Shown one piece after another: positions 9,131 through 18,690 of a DNA stretch of 56,511 bases. This DNA comes from Patescibacteria group bacterium. Its GTDB lineage: Bacteria; Patescibacteriota; Minisyncoccia; Phycocordibacterales; UBA918. Every line of letters begins with the position of its first letter. Position 1 is the first letter of the stretch. The translations under genes were made by a program, and so were the position numbers. Location: positions 259,295 to 315,805 of the forward strand of contig JAIETH010000001.1 of assembly GCA_019745315.1 (NCBI GenBank), read 5' to 3'. The notes beneath the pieces are model-generated. The model saw only the letters and a program-made list of their open reading frames with translations. It had not been told where the DNA came from and did not search any database.

Positions 9131-9169
9131 GCAAACAAAAACCACCCTTGAAAGGTGGTTTTTGTTTGC
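9131..9169. terminator. bidirectional intrinsic terminator
   Basis: 16-bp stem GCAAACAAAAACCACC/GGTGGTTTTTGTTTGC with a 7-nt loop, between the convergent tRNA and ORF 9184. Confidence 0.85.
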
Positions 9170-9183
9170 CTCCAATGTAAAGA

Positions 9184-10092
9184 TTAGAGCATCCTCAGTG
9201 CCGCTATTCGCAATCTGGATGTATCTTCTTTATTTGAAAATAAAGTGGGGTTTTCGAGTTTGTAGAATTGATTATGGTACCTCTTAATGTATTTTTCAAA
9301 GAAAGTCTCGTCATGGTACCAAGTTTTAATAAGATTGTCTGGATCACTATCAAAATCCTTGAGATTAACTAATGCGCTATCTAGTATCTTGGCGTGTCTA
9401 TGCGCTCCAATCGCTTTATACGCATCAATTTGATACTTAACTAACTGGGGCTCAAAAACTAAAAGTGTCGTGAGTCCACCCCTATAAAAAGACACCTCTG
9501 CTTGCATGGTAAACACAGTAGCCCAAACTGCTTCAGGAAGTTTTAAAATATTATTGAAACTAAATTGATTAATATCACCACCTTCAACCACCGTATCATA
9601 TACAAACCACTCAATTTCTTCATCAGATAATTCATTTAGTAATTCTGAATTAAAGACCAGAGATGGTGGAAGCAGTTGAGTTCCTGAAATAAAATAATCC
9701 TCTTCAATCAAAAAATCCTTTAATAAAATTTTTGTTAAGTAATCATACTTATTCTTCAAACTAAAGGATGGACGACTATAGGTATACCAGAAATTTCCTC
9801 CTAACCTATGCCGATTAAAAGCAGAAAAAGCATCTATTTTTCCTTCAAAATTTATCACCTCCTCCTTGGTTGCGCGTCCAATTTCTACAGCAAATGAACC
9901 CCCTTCACGATGATTAAATTGAAAAGATACCAAATCAACAAAATCACCTCTATGTCTCCTAAAGTGTGGCATTGAACCCTTGAAACCGATCTTGCGTAAG
10001 AAAGGAACGAATTTGGTTTTTAAGCTATCTCTCATTAGCTTACCCTCATCAGCATTACTTATATTTCTACCTATTGGTACCTGATTATTCAT
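9184..10092 (-). CDS. DUF4304-like domain fused to a DMP19/DUF4375-like domain
   Basis: N-half P.LRKIGFKGSMPHFRR...LVSFQF...GGSFAVEIG. C-half EV..GG...AYKAIGA...A.IL, acidic. Confidence 0.55.
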   Translation of the reverse strand: MNNQVPIGRNISNADEGKLMRDSLKTKFVPFLRKIGFKGSMPHFRRHRGDFVDLVSFQFNHREGGSFAVEIGRATKEEVINFEGKIDAFSAFNRHRLGGNFWYTYSRPSFSLKNKYDYLTKILLKDFLIEEDYFISGTQLLPPSLVFNSELLNELSDEEIEWFVYDTVVEGGDINQFSFNNILKLPEAVWATVFTMQAEVSFYRGGLTTLLVFEPQLVKYQIDAYKAIGAHRHAKILDSALVNLKDFDSDPDNLIKTWYHDETFFEKYIKRYHNQFYKLENPTLFSNKEDTSRLRIAALRML

Positions 10093-10228
10093 TACTAAAG
10101 ACTATGACAAAATTTTACCTCTAGGTAAAGAGGCAAAATGAGTTACGAAATCAATATATAGGCAGGTCTTGTTTTATTGTAATATCGGAAATTTGAATAT
10201 TGCCTTTCCCGATACACGATAGTAGTAT

Positions 10229-10450
10229 ATGAAGAAGTCAATCCACACAAAAGAGCATTCTGATTTTACAGAACGCCTTCGCTCTGCCAGACTAGAAACG
10301 GGTTTGACACAGGTTCAAGTTGCTAAGAAGTTAAAGCGTCCCCAGTCCTACATTTCTAATATTGAATCGGGGCAACAACGAGTTGATGTGATTGAATTAC
10401 AAACATTTGCAAAGTTGTACGGGAAAGATATTACATTTTTTGTTAAATAA
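10229..10450 (+). CDS. XRE-family HTH regulator
   Basis: LRSARLETGLTQVQVAKKLKRPQSYISNIESG. Confidence 0.9.
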   Translation: MKKSIHTKEHSDFTERLRSARLETGLTQVQVAKKLKRPQSYISNIESGQQRVDVIELQTFAKLYGKDITFFVK

Positions 10451-10454
10451 GATT

Positions 10455-10976
10455 ATGTTGAATAATAAATTTATTATTGCAGGAATAATTATCGTCGGTA
10501 TTTTAGCTTTTTTTGCCTACGACAATTCTAAAAACAAGACAGATAACATATCTGATGTAAACGAAGAATACCTATTAAGTTTGCCAAATATGGGTTTTGA
10601 AATTACTTTCCCGACAGAACCTGAATTTAACAGAACAGATGGAGAGGACTTTACTCGTCACTCATGGTCGTATATTGATGACACTACTCTTGGCAATCGT
10701 AATGCTCTTTTTATACAAGCTGAAAATAATCTGTATGCATACAACAGTAGCCAGGAGAATTTTATTGAAGAAGTTGCAAGACTGTATAGCGGTGTAGTGG
10801 TACGAATGGAAAAAGATTCTAATGCACCAGCTACAGACTATGAGATATCTAGTGAGGACCAGACAATTGTGGGACGGATCGTTGATATAGGTGAATGGAC
10901 TTTTGTGATCAGTAACCACTTTGAGCAATCAAATAGCCACCCTGATTTTATTTCAAGTTTCCGAAATCTTGAATGA
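10455..10976 (+). CDS. membrane-anchored exported protein
   Basis: ATG at 10455 (MLNNKF), N-terminal TM, acidic beta-rich body (GFEITFP). Confidence 0.7.
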   Translation: MLNNKFIIAGIIIVGILAFFAYDNSKNKTDNISDVNEEYLLSLPNMGFEITFPTEPEFNRTDGEDFTRHSWSYIDDTTLGNRNALFIQAENNLYAYNSSQENFIEEVARLYSGVVVRMEKDSNAPATDYEISSEDQTIVGRIVDIGEWTFVISNHFEQSNSHPDFISSFRNLE

Positions 10977-11026
10977 CAGATTAATTTTCTAAATAATTAC
11001 TAGATATAAAGAATAAAGAGTATTGT

Positions 11027-11791
11027 ATGAGAACAAAAAATATTATTATTGCTTTAATGATTGGTGTTGTACTTATACCGTCCATTTCATTTGCTCAGAT
11101 ATCACCCACTCGTGACGAACTTACATCACAACTAATTGTAAGTCTATTACAACAGATAAAATTGCTTCAAGCACAACTTGCAACGTTACAAAAAAGCTCA
11201 ACCGCAAATGGAGTATCTGGACTCACTATCTCTCTTAGCAAGCTTGAAGCAAAATCTAATTCTGCTCAAGTATCTTGGATCACCTCTATTTCCGCAGAAT
11301 CAAAAGTGATAATTTCAAAATCACCAATTTCATCAAGTAGCAAGAATGGTCAACGAGAAATATCGTCCAATAACGGTACTTCTACAAAAGGTTTTGCTGA
11401 TATTAAAAATCTTGAACAAGATACAAAATATTATTATTTAATTAAAGCTACCGCTAAAGATTCTGACGTTCAGCTAAATGGAACATTCACTACCCCAAAG
11501 AGCGCCGAGCAGATTGCAAAAGAAAAGCGGGATGAACTGACACAAAAGAATAATCTTCAGAAACAGGCTTCCATTATTAAAGAATTGAAGGCTATTGATG
11601 ATGAATGTAGCCCAAGCGGTTGTGACTACGGGTTACGTTATCAACAGGAATGGAATCAACTGATAAGTGAACTGAAGGCAGTTGGAGGTTCTTACGAAGG
11701 TAGCTGTTTATTTGATCTAGTAGGAAATCGAAGTGCTATCTCTTCTAACAACCGTCACCTATCTTGGCAGTGTGTTGGCTGGGGTGGATAA
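11027..11791 (+). CDS. secreted protein with a fibronectin-III-like domain
   Basis: Signal peptide (..PSISFA), LLQQIKLLQAQL coiled segment, AQVSW.T...LEQDTKYYY.I.A. Confidence 0.7.
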   Translation: MRTKNIIIALMIGVVLIPSISFAQISPTRDELTSQLIVSLLQQIKLLQAQLATLQKSSTANGVSGLTISLSKLEAKSNSAQVSWITSISAESKVIISKSPISSSSKNGQREISSNNGTSTKGFADIKNLEQDTKYYYLIKATAKDSDVQLNGTFTTPKSAEQIAKEKRDELTQKNNLQKQASIIKELKAIDDECSPSGCDYGLRYQQEWNQLISELKAVGGSYEGSCLFDLVGNRSAISSNNRHLSWQCVGWGG

Positions 11792-11801
11792 TTGTCATAA
11801 A

Positions 11802-12491
11802 ATGCTAAATTTCTCAACAAAAGAAAAGCGAGACATGGATGAAAAGCTCTATTCTGTAGTCGTAGAAGAATTAGAGGGTGGAACCATTAATAAAGCACTC
11901 TGGGCAAAGGCTTTGGCTGATTCTGATAGTGACAAAGATAAAACTCAGGCTCTGTATATCAAATTGAGAGTACAGAAATTGTACGACGAGATGAATTTTG
12001 AAAAAGAAAATCGAGCCGCCGCTGAGAGAGCAAATACTGTAGCTGAAAATAAAAAAGTGAAAGTTGAAAAAACTATTGAAACACTTTCAACCACAACACA
12101 AAAACTAATTTCACTGTTCCAGTGGTTAACAGGACTGATGTTAGTTCTAGGAATTGTAGGCCTGTTTTTGGCTTACATTACTTTCTCTGTTAGTGACGAC
12201 TGGAGTTGGCAAGTCATCTTTTTCTCTGGTATAGCTTTCACGGTATTTGGTAGCTATTTGTCCTACCAATGCTTCAAAATAACCAAAATTACTGACCAGA
12301 GACAGTTGAGAAAAAAATTGAATACGTTTTTCTTCATTCTAATTCCTTTCTCAGCTATAGGTACAATTATTGGGTTATTGATGCCTCTAATTGCACTAGT
12401 ACTGTTCATAAATTGCATATCGCTAATTATAAATGCTGTGAAATACAATAATGCTTTTGCGTATGCTATGAGGAACAACCTCGTAAAGTAG
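11802..12491 (+). CDS. multi-pass membrane protein (start at 11802 or 11835)
   Basis: N-terminal ALWAKALA...KTQALYIKLRV helical domain followed by about four TM segments. Confidence 0.7.
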   Translation: MLNFSTKEKRDMDEKLYSVVVEELEGGTINKALWAKALADSDSDKDKTQALYIKLRVQKLYDEMNFEKENRAAAERANTVAENKKVKVEKTIETLSTTTQKLISLFQWLTGLMLVLGIVGLFLAYITFSVSDDWSWQVIFFSGIAFTVFGSYLSYQCFKITKITDQRQLRKKLNTFFFILIPFSAIGTIIGLLMPLIALVLFINCISLIINAVKYNNAFAYAMRNNLVK

Positions 12492-12535
12492 AACTAACAA
12501 TTAGGCTCGAGATTAATATTTTTAGCTCAAGGTAT

Positions 12536-13816
12536 TTATACTAGTATCATCACACCCTGCTTAAGAGATATCTGGTTATTTACACACTCCAAGACAGATC
12601 TCTGTTCAAGTATCGTTCCCTCAGTAAGCACGAATCTTGCATAATCTCGCACATCAATTGATTCAATTTTCTCAGTCTTCTTCTTGCCCAGAAACATTGC
12701 TTGAAGCTTCTTAAATTTCTGAATTTCAGCATTGAGCTTAGTGTTTAGTTTTACCTGATCAAGACTTATAGTATCAAGCATTTTGATCATAGCTGTAATG
12801 AGATCAGTTTCGTTTATGGCTGGGTTTTTGCAGTCTCTATCTTTTGCCTTGGTACAACGATAATAAACATACCGATTCACCCCACCCTCTTTGAGCTTCT
12901 TAAACTTTTCATCGGCTGTAATACCAGAACCACAAACTCCACACTTCATAATACGAGTGAATGCAAACTCTTTGCCCTGCGACTTTATAACCTGAGACTT
13001 AATAGAGTTTCTGGTCTCATTAAATAGCTCTTTGGTTATGAGGGGTGTGTGTTTGCCTTCATACCAGATACCAGCACCCTGCGGAAACTCAAATTTACCG
13101 TAGTAGAAGGTGTTATTTATTATTTTAAACACATTTCCAATACTTAAGTGATAGCCACGTAAGGTTCTAAAGTTTAAATCGTATTTGAGCCATGCATGTA
13201 CCTTTGAAGCACTCCATTTCTCATAGGCAATTTTCTCGAAGACTTGCCGTATAACATCCGCTCGTTCAGGGTCGATTTCCACCTCACATTTAGCTAGTCG
13301 CCCATCAACTTTCCTGTACCCTGTAGGTGGCTGGGCTGGCCACAAACCCATCTCACATCTCGTCCTCATCCCACGCTTCACATTGATACTTTTATTGTCG
13401 TTCTCGAGTTTGGCTTGAGAACATAGAATCATAAGGAGGAATTTATCACTTGGTGAATTAGTGAAATTCTGCCCAAACGTCTTAATCGTGATGAGCTTCT
13501 TTTGATCCATTCTATCTACCAATTTTCCTAAGTCTCCAGCGTTACGAGACAATCTATCGGGTGCCCAAGTAATAATGGCGTTGAAGAAGCCATTATCAAT
13601 ATCTTTCACAATCTCCTCAAACACAGGTCTCTGACTTGATTCCTTAGCTGAATGTGACTCACGCCTAATCTCTACTATATTAAGCTTTTCTCGCTCTGCT
13701 ATTTGGGTCATTTCCTTGATTTGTGAATCAATCGAAAGTGCCTGTTTTTCGTCGCCCTCTGTCGACTTACGAGCATACAAGCAATATCTATTTTCACTTT
13801 CTAACACCTCTGTCAT
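12536..13816 (-). CDS. large serine recombinase (resolvase + recombinase + Zn ribbon)
   Basis: YARKSTE catalytic Ser, SIDSQ, RP.F, DRLSRN, PP.GY, H.PLI..ELF, CGVCG...YYRC. Confidence 0.93.
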   Translation of the reverse strand: MTEVLESENRYCLYARKSTEGDEKQALSIDSQIKEMTQIAEREKLNIVEIRRESHSAKESSQRPVFEEIVKDIDNGFFNAIITWAPDRLSRNAGDLGKLVDRMDQKKLITIKTFGQNFTNSPSDKFLLMILCSQAKLENDNKSINVKRGMRTRCEMGLWPAQPPTGYRKVDGRLAKCEVEIDPERADVIRQVFEKIAYEKWSASKVHAWLKYDLNFRTLRGYHLSIGNVFKIINNTFYYGKFEFPQGAGIWYEGKHTPLITKELFNETRNSIKSQVIKSQGKEFAFTRIMKCGVCGSGITADEKFKKLKEGGVNRYVYYRCTKAKDRDCKNPAINETDLITAMIKMLDTISLDQVKLNTKLNAEIQKFKKLQAMFLGKKKTEKIESIDVRDYARFVLTEGTILEQRSVLECVNNQISLKQGVMILV

Positions 13817-13885
13817 GTATTAATTAATGACAGAACCAAAAACCCTGCATAGCTATGCAGGGTTTGATTTACATCACATAGTCGT

Positions 13886-15484
13886 TTAATAGTTTCGCCG
13901 TCGACGGTCAGCCGTAGGAATTATTTCTATTTGTTCTTTAGATTTTGGAAGTAGACAATCAACATCTTGGAGCACATCCCGGTAATCATGGAACCATACC
14001 GTGTCGTCCTCAGCAGATCCCGGTCCCAAGAAAGCAATCAAGAACGTGCTCTCGTGAGTAAAATCCTCAACAATCTTCAGTACAAGTAACGAAAATGCGT
14101 CAGCGAGGTCATCGTGCTTTTCGACACCAAAGCCAAGCATCTGCTGAAGTAATTCCTCGCAACCAGTATCAGGAAAAATAATAGTACCGTTTCTAATCAT
14201 TGAGGATGTTAAAGCGAGTCGAGTACGTTTATCATTATGAGGTTTAATCGATTCAGCTTTTACCCCCTGAGAATCAAGCATCTGAGGAAGTGCATCTTGA
14301 TACCCCACACTCTCAATCAATAATTTATCCATACTTCTCGTTAGAACAGTCTTTTTATGAACCTTCATCATCTCAACTTGTTGTGGAAACGTAAGTCGTT
14401 GATTGTAGGGTTGGGGCATAATGAAGACTCGTAATTTCTCGTTCCGACCGTAAATACGAGCGGACACCATCGCTGTACAGTCTGCCGTATCTTTAACCGA
14501 AATTGCCAAGTCCACGCCAGAATAAGTCGCTCGGTAGGCTTTTGTAGTGGTCGGAGGTAACAAATCGGTATGATAATACTGAATCCAATCAGGATGAATA
14601 ACTTGGTCATCATCGGGAATGATATTGAGGAGATACTCACGTTGCCACGCCACCTCGTCACCAATCTTCTTTCGTTCTTTCTCAAGCGACTTCGCATCGG
14701 GAAACTTGCCAGGCCAGTTAGACCGCCCTTTATCGTCAGCAATCGCACAGGACATGAACGTACCGTTTAATTCTTTCTTGAGTACACGCTCTCGCAGTCG
14801 CATAAGGAGCGAATCTTCGTGAAGTAAGTTACCAATCACAATCAGTCGAGTGTCTTGGTCACCAGCTGGAATCACATCACCTGTGAGCCACTGATACGTT
14901 TTATTACGCCCCTCTCGGGTTTTTGTAGACGCTACGTCCTCAACGTCGTCACAGATAAATAAGTCAGGGCGGTGTTGATGATGACGTAGCCCACGGATAC
15001 TCTGCTCAGAGGAAGCTACCGTGATACGAGCCTTAGTGTTTGAGAATACAATCGAATGAGATCCCCATTCATCAGACTCTTCACTAAAGGGACCGAGGTC
15101 GTTTTTGAGTAGTTGGTTGTTCTCCAGCTCGTTACGAATATTCATCATGTGCTGTTTAGCTTGTACCCGAGTCTGACAAAAGATAATCACAAACTTCTTC
15201 TGCTGTTTGCCCAGAATCGCCCAAATCGGGAAAGCAGTCGTCACAATCGTTGATTTACCTGAGCCACGAAACGCTACCACAAACAGATGTTCGTCTGGTT
15301 CGTTTTCGAGCTTACCGATAAGGTCTCGCTGGAATGCAGCGGTCGGAAATTGTACGTAGTGGGCAAAGTAGAAATGGAAGAAGTAGTTAAAGCTACCACT
15401 CATAATCTGTTGCCGTACGACACGGTCTTTCTTCATTGAGTTAAACAGCTCTTCTGAGATTGGGTTATTATTTTGATTTTGCAT
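13886..15484 (-). CDS. phage terminase large subunit-like protein
   Basis: Walker A AFRGSGKST, IRG.R...RPDLFICDDVED, VIGN, WQREY, nuclease GVDLA ... IES ... HDDLADA. Start at 15484 or 15490. Confidence 0.88.
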   Translation of the reverse strand: MQNQNNNPISEELFNSMKKDRVVRQQIMSGSFNYFFHFYFAHYVQFPTAAFQRDLIGKLENEPDEHLFVVAFRGSGKSTIVTTAFPIWAILGKQQKKFVIIFCQTRVQAKQHMMNIRNELENNQLLKNDLGPFSEESDEWGSHSIVFSNTKARITVASSEQSIRGLRHHQHRPDLFICDDVEDVASTKTREGRNKTYQWLTGDVIPAGDQDTRLIVIGNLLHEDSLLMRLRERVLKKELNGTFMSCAIADDKGRSNWPGKFPDAKSLEKERKKIGDEVAWQREYLLNIIPDDDQVIHPDWIQYYHTDLLPPTTTKAYRATYSGVDLAISVKDTADCTAMVSARIYGRNEKLRVFIMPQPYNQRLTFPQQVEMMKVHKKTVLTRSMDKLLIESVGYQDALPQMLDSQGVKAESIKPHNDKRTRLALTSSMIRNGTIIFPDTGCEELLQQMLGFGVEKHDDLADAFSLLVLKIVEDFTHESTFLIAFLGPGSAEDDTVWFHDYRDVLQDVDCLLPKSKEQIEIIPTADRRRRNY

Positions 15485-15872
15485 GATCATGTTTCTTAGT
15501 TGGGATAATCCGAGCCATCTCCAGTGCCTGACGCACAGTGGCTTCTTGTTCGGGGGTAAGTTCATCAATGACACCCATACGGGTGACTTCTAGCTTGTCC
15601 TTATAGGCTGGATGGCGTTTATTGAGCCAAAATCGTACCGCTGGAAAGTTCTTTTCCTTGATCAGAGTGAGTAGTTGGCTTTCACTCATGTCGTTCACCA
15701 AAGCCACACCATCAGAGAGGGCTTGATCCATTTTCTTCTCAAACTCCTTATCTTCCTTCCGCCAGCGGTACACAGTGTTGCGAGAGAGTCCTGCTTTCTC
15801 GCACGCCACCTGCACAATCGGTACCTTAGATAGCTCAAGAAGAAACTGCTTGGCAGATTTACTTTTCTTCAT
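15468..15872 (-). CDS. terminase small subunit-like HTH protein
   Basis: FL.EL...PIVQVACEKAGLSRNTVYRWRKED..F, A..FWL. Lies directly upstream of and overlaps terL. Confidence 0.75.
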   Translation of the reverse strand: MKKSKSAKQFLLELSKVPIVQVACEKAGLSRNTVYRWRKEDKEFEKKMDQALSDGVALVNDMSESQLLTLIKEKNFPAVRFWLNKRHPAYKDKLEVTRMGVIDELTPEQEATVRQALEMARIIPTKKHDHAKSK

Positions 15873-17142
15873 ACCGTTCAACGATAGCTTTGGTGCCAGT
15901 CATGGCTTCAAAGCGGTTGATAATGAGGTCGCAGAATCGAGGTTCTAAATCGCACCCATACACTCGTCGCCCCAATTGTTCGCCAGCCAAAAGCGTACTG
16001 CCAGAGCCAAGGAAACTATCGAGGATAATGTCATTTGGTTTGGTACAGCGTTTAATCGCTTTCTCGTGGAGTGTGAGTGGTTTTGAAGTAGCGTGCTGGT
16101 AGTCTTTAGCGGACAATCGCTTAGCAGTCCAGATTTCAATAAAGTCATCGACCTGAGTGACCAGTTCGTTTCCTGTACCAAACTCTTTATTTAGCACCTC
16201 GTTTAAATCTTGAATACTTTCTGCAAGATAGGGTTTTCCTCGCACACCGTAAACGGCTGGCTCGTAGGCTTTATTGCAGAATACTTTCGGTACAGGATTC
16301 TGTGAATTCTTTAGCCACAAACAGACTCGCTTGTTAGCAATACCAAGCGAGCGGTACACCTCCTGAATCAGCCCGATGTATATTTGGTCGCAGTAGTAGA
16401 AGACGTGAGTGTTAGGTTCTGATACGGCAAGTGCAGCACTGAGGCTATCATTGATAAATATCTTGTACTCATCAAACGTACGTGAATCATTGACGTTACC
16501 GCCATAGTCTTTCTTGCCACCGATTCCACCGTCGTAATTCACCTGAATGTTGTACACGGGGTCTGAGTAGATCATCGAGGCTCGTTCAGCGCCGAGTAGT
16601 CGAGTAAGGGTTTCTGGTTTAGTGGAGTCGCCACAAATAAGCTTGTGTCGCCCAAGATGAATAATGTCCCCGAGTTTCGTCTTAGGGGTGACGATTTTCT
16701 TTAGTTCCTTTTCTACGTCGAAGTCATCGTCTTTGGTAACGTTGTCTTCATCCCAAAACTTCGCTAGCTCCATTGATTCAAAGCCAGCGAAAGACAAGGT
16801 GTCCATATCGAACGCCTTGAGAAGGTCATAATCCCAGTCACCCCCAAGCTTGTTTGAGCCTATAAGATACTGTTTGGATTCTTTTTCGGTGAGCTTGCGA
16901 TTTGGTACCCGTACGTCGATTAATTCTTCACCCCGCCCTAAGAGCTGAAGTGCCTTAATACGTTGGTGACCAGCAAGGATAGTGCCGTTTGCGTCTATAG
17001 CTGGTATCTCTACTAGATTGAACCTCTTCAGACTGTCTGTGAGAGCTTTCATCTGAGCGTCAGTGATCTTACGAGGATTAATCTCCTGCGGTACAAGATC
17101 ATTTACTTTCTTCTGGACGGTTGTCCAATATAGCTTTTGCAT
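15859..17142 (-). CDS. ParB-N domain + N4/N6 DNA methyltransferase
   Basis: NPRKI, ILAGHQR (ParB-like), HKLICGDS, SDPVY, H.TSKP, ILDSFLGSGSTL. Confidence 0.88.
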   Translation of the reverse strand: MQKLYWTTVQKKVNDLVPQEINPRKITDAQMKALTDSLKRFNLVEIPAIDANGTILAGHQRIKALQLLGRGEELIDVRVPNRKLTEKESKQYLIGSNKLGGDWDYDLLKAFDMDTLSFAGFESMELAKFWDEDNVTKDDDFDVEKELKKIVTPKTKLGDIIHLGRHKLICGDSTKPETLTRLLGAERASMIYSDPVYNIQVNYDGGIGGKKDYGGNVNDSRTFDEYKIFINDSLSAALAVSEPNTHVFYYCDQIYIGLIQEVYRSLGIANKRVCLWLKNSQNPVPKVFCNKAYEPAVYGVRGKPYLAESIQDLNEVLNKEFGTGNELVTQVDDFIEIWTAKRLSAKDYQHATSKPLTLHEKAIKRCTKPNDIILDSFLGSGSTLLAGEQLGRRVYGCDLEPRFCDLIINRFEAMTGTKAIVERYEEK

Positions 17143-17304
17143 ACTTTTAGTGAATTAAATTCAATAAAATGTATGGATATAGAAAATGCCTACTCCACAC
17201 ACGAAATAAGCTGTCTTATAGACGACTCATCTCTTGCGCGAAGTAGGCACGGCCTAGGGCGATACACTACTCAACTTTTTACTACGCAAATATTCTGTTA
17301 CACC

Positions 17305-17724
17305 TTAAGCTTTGGTCTGCTTTTTCTCTAGTCCACGAATCAAACGTTTGCCGTTCTTACTCTTCATGAACTCCTCAGCATCTCTACCAAGCTTAATCGG
17401 TATATGCTTAGGTACTCCAAGCATAACTCGGTAACCGAGTTGCTGGTAATGGCGAACTGCTTCTTGCAACTTGGGATCATTCACCCCAAACGGTAACTCA
17501 ACATGAATGGAGTTACTGTCACCATTCTCAGACTTCGGTGCTTGAAGTGGAGAGAAAATGCGACCTTCCTTATTGTGCTCTATGGAGCGCTGAACGACAG
17601 CACCAACTGATGGAGTTGGGCGAGCGTTCATATGCAACTGTATATCCGTAAGCTCAAGAACGATGACTTTCTCACCTTTCTTGATGGGCTTTGTGACACG
17701 GTTTAATTGTAATATTTGCTCCAT
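17305..17724 (-). CDS. hypothetical protein, first gene of the leftward transcript
   Basis: 139-aa ORF divergent from the repressor, with its own consensus promoter. Confidence 0.7.
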   Translation of the reverse strand: MEQILQLNRVTKPIKKGEKVIVLELTDIQLHMNARPTPSVGAVVQRSIEHNKEGRIFSPLQAPKSENGDSNSIHVELPFGVNDPKLQEAVRHYQQLGYRVMLGVPKHIPIKLGRDAEEFMKSKNGKRLIRGLEKKQTKA

Positions 17725-17731
17725 ACTTAGT

Positions 17732-17797
17732 ATTCTACTCCTAGGGTGTAAAATCTGTCAAATATTTATTGTTGCTAGTATGAAATCGTGCTATAAT
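17732..17797. promoter_or_regulatory. back-to-back sigma70 promoters
   Basis: Minus strand: TTGACA (17761-17756)-18-TAGAAT (17737-17732). Plus strand: TTGTTG (17769)-17-TATAAT (17792-17797) with extended TG. Confidence 0.75.
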
Positions 17798-17803
17798 GAC
17801 GAT

Positions 17804-18442
17804 ATGCACACCAAACAACAACAGCTATTAGCCCTCATAGACAACGACCCAGATATTGGATCATATAGCCTAAGGACAATTGCCAACAAGATTGGAGTGA
17901 CAGACAGACCGCAAATAGTTAAATATCACCTTACTCAACTAGAAAAGGCTGGTTTGATACAGATGAACCTACCGGCAGGAGTACTTAAGCGGGTACAAAA
18001 AGGATTTGTGAAGTCTACCGTCAATACGGTCTACTCCCTTCCCGTAGTTGGAGCAGCCAACTGTGGACCAGCAACTATTTTTGCCGAGCAAAATGTTCAG
18101 CAGTATCTAAAGGTATCTTCCTCTATGTTGCCATCAAGTAAAAAGGGGCTTTACGCTCTCATTGCTGACGGTGACAGTATGAACAAGGCAGAAGTCAGTG
18201 GAAAGAAAATCGAGAGTGGCGACTTCATTCTTGTCGACAGTAGTTACTATAACTATAAAGATAAAGACATTGTCGTAGCTGTAATTGACGGCATGGCGAC
18301 GATTAAACGCTACCGAGAAGACAAAGCTCACAAGCGGATTGTCCTCGAAGCCGACTCGACTGAAAAGTACCTACCCATTTTCATACACGAGGGTGACGAT
18401 TTTCAATTAAGCGGAAAAGTTGTCGGAATTATTAAAGGTTAA
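17804..18442 (+). CDS. LexA/CI-like repressor with S24 peptidase domain
   Basis: wHTH (SLRTIA..IG...VKYHLTQLEKAG), LPVVGAANCGP cleavage site, GDSM Ser, ATIKR Lys. Start set at MHTKQ. Confidence 0.88.
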   Translation: MHTKQQQLLALIDNDPDIGSYSLRTIANKIGVTDRPQIVKYHLTQLEKAGLIQMNLPAGVLKRVQKGFVKSTVNTVYSLPVVGAANCGPATIFAEQNVQQYLKVSSSMLPSSKKGLYALIADGDSMNKAEVSGKKIESGDFILVDSSYYNYKDKDIVVAVIDGMATIKRYREDKAHKRIVLEADSTEKYLPIFIHEGDDFQLSGKVVGIIKG

Positions 18443-18453
18443 CAGTTAAACGT

Positions 18454-18681
18454 ATGGCTAAAAATATTCATACAGTATTCAATTCAGGACGAGGAATGTG
18501 GGAAAACAAAAAAGAAGGCTCTTCTGCTCCAGTTTCATATCACCACACTAAAAATAACGCTTTAGATCGAGCGGAGAAAATCGCAGGCAAGGCAAAGGTC
18601 GAGCACTTTATTCACGGCAAAGACGGAAAGATCCAAGAGCGTAATAGCTATGGCAACGATCCATTTCCACCACGCGGTTAG
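18454..18681 (+). CDS. DUF2188 family protein
   Basis: HTV....G.W..K.EG....S....TK..A...A..IA......IHGKDGKIQERNSYGNDPFPPRG. Confidence 0.88.
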   Translation: MAKNIHTVFNSGRGMWENKKEGSSAPVSYHHTKNNALDRAEKIAGKAKVEHFIHGKDGKIQERNSYGNDPFPPRG

Positions 18682-18690
18682 TTAAAACTT

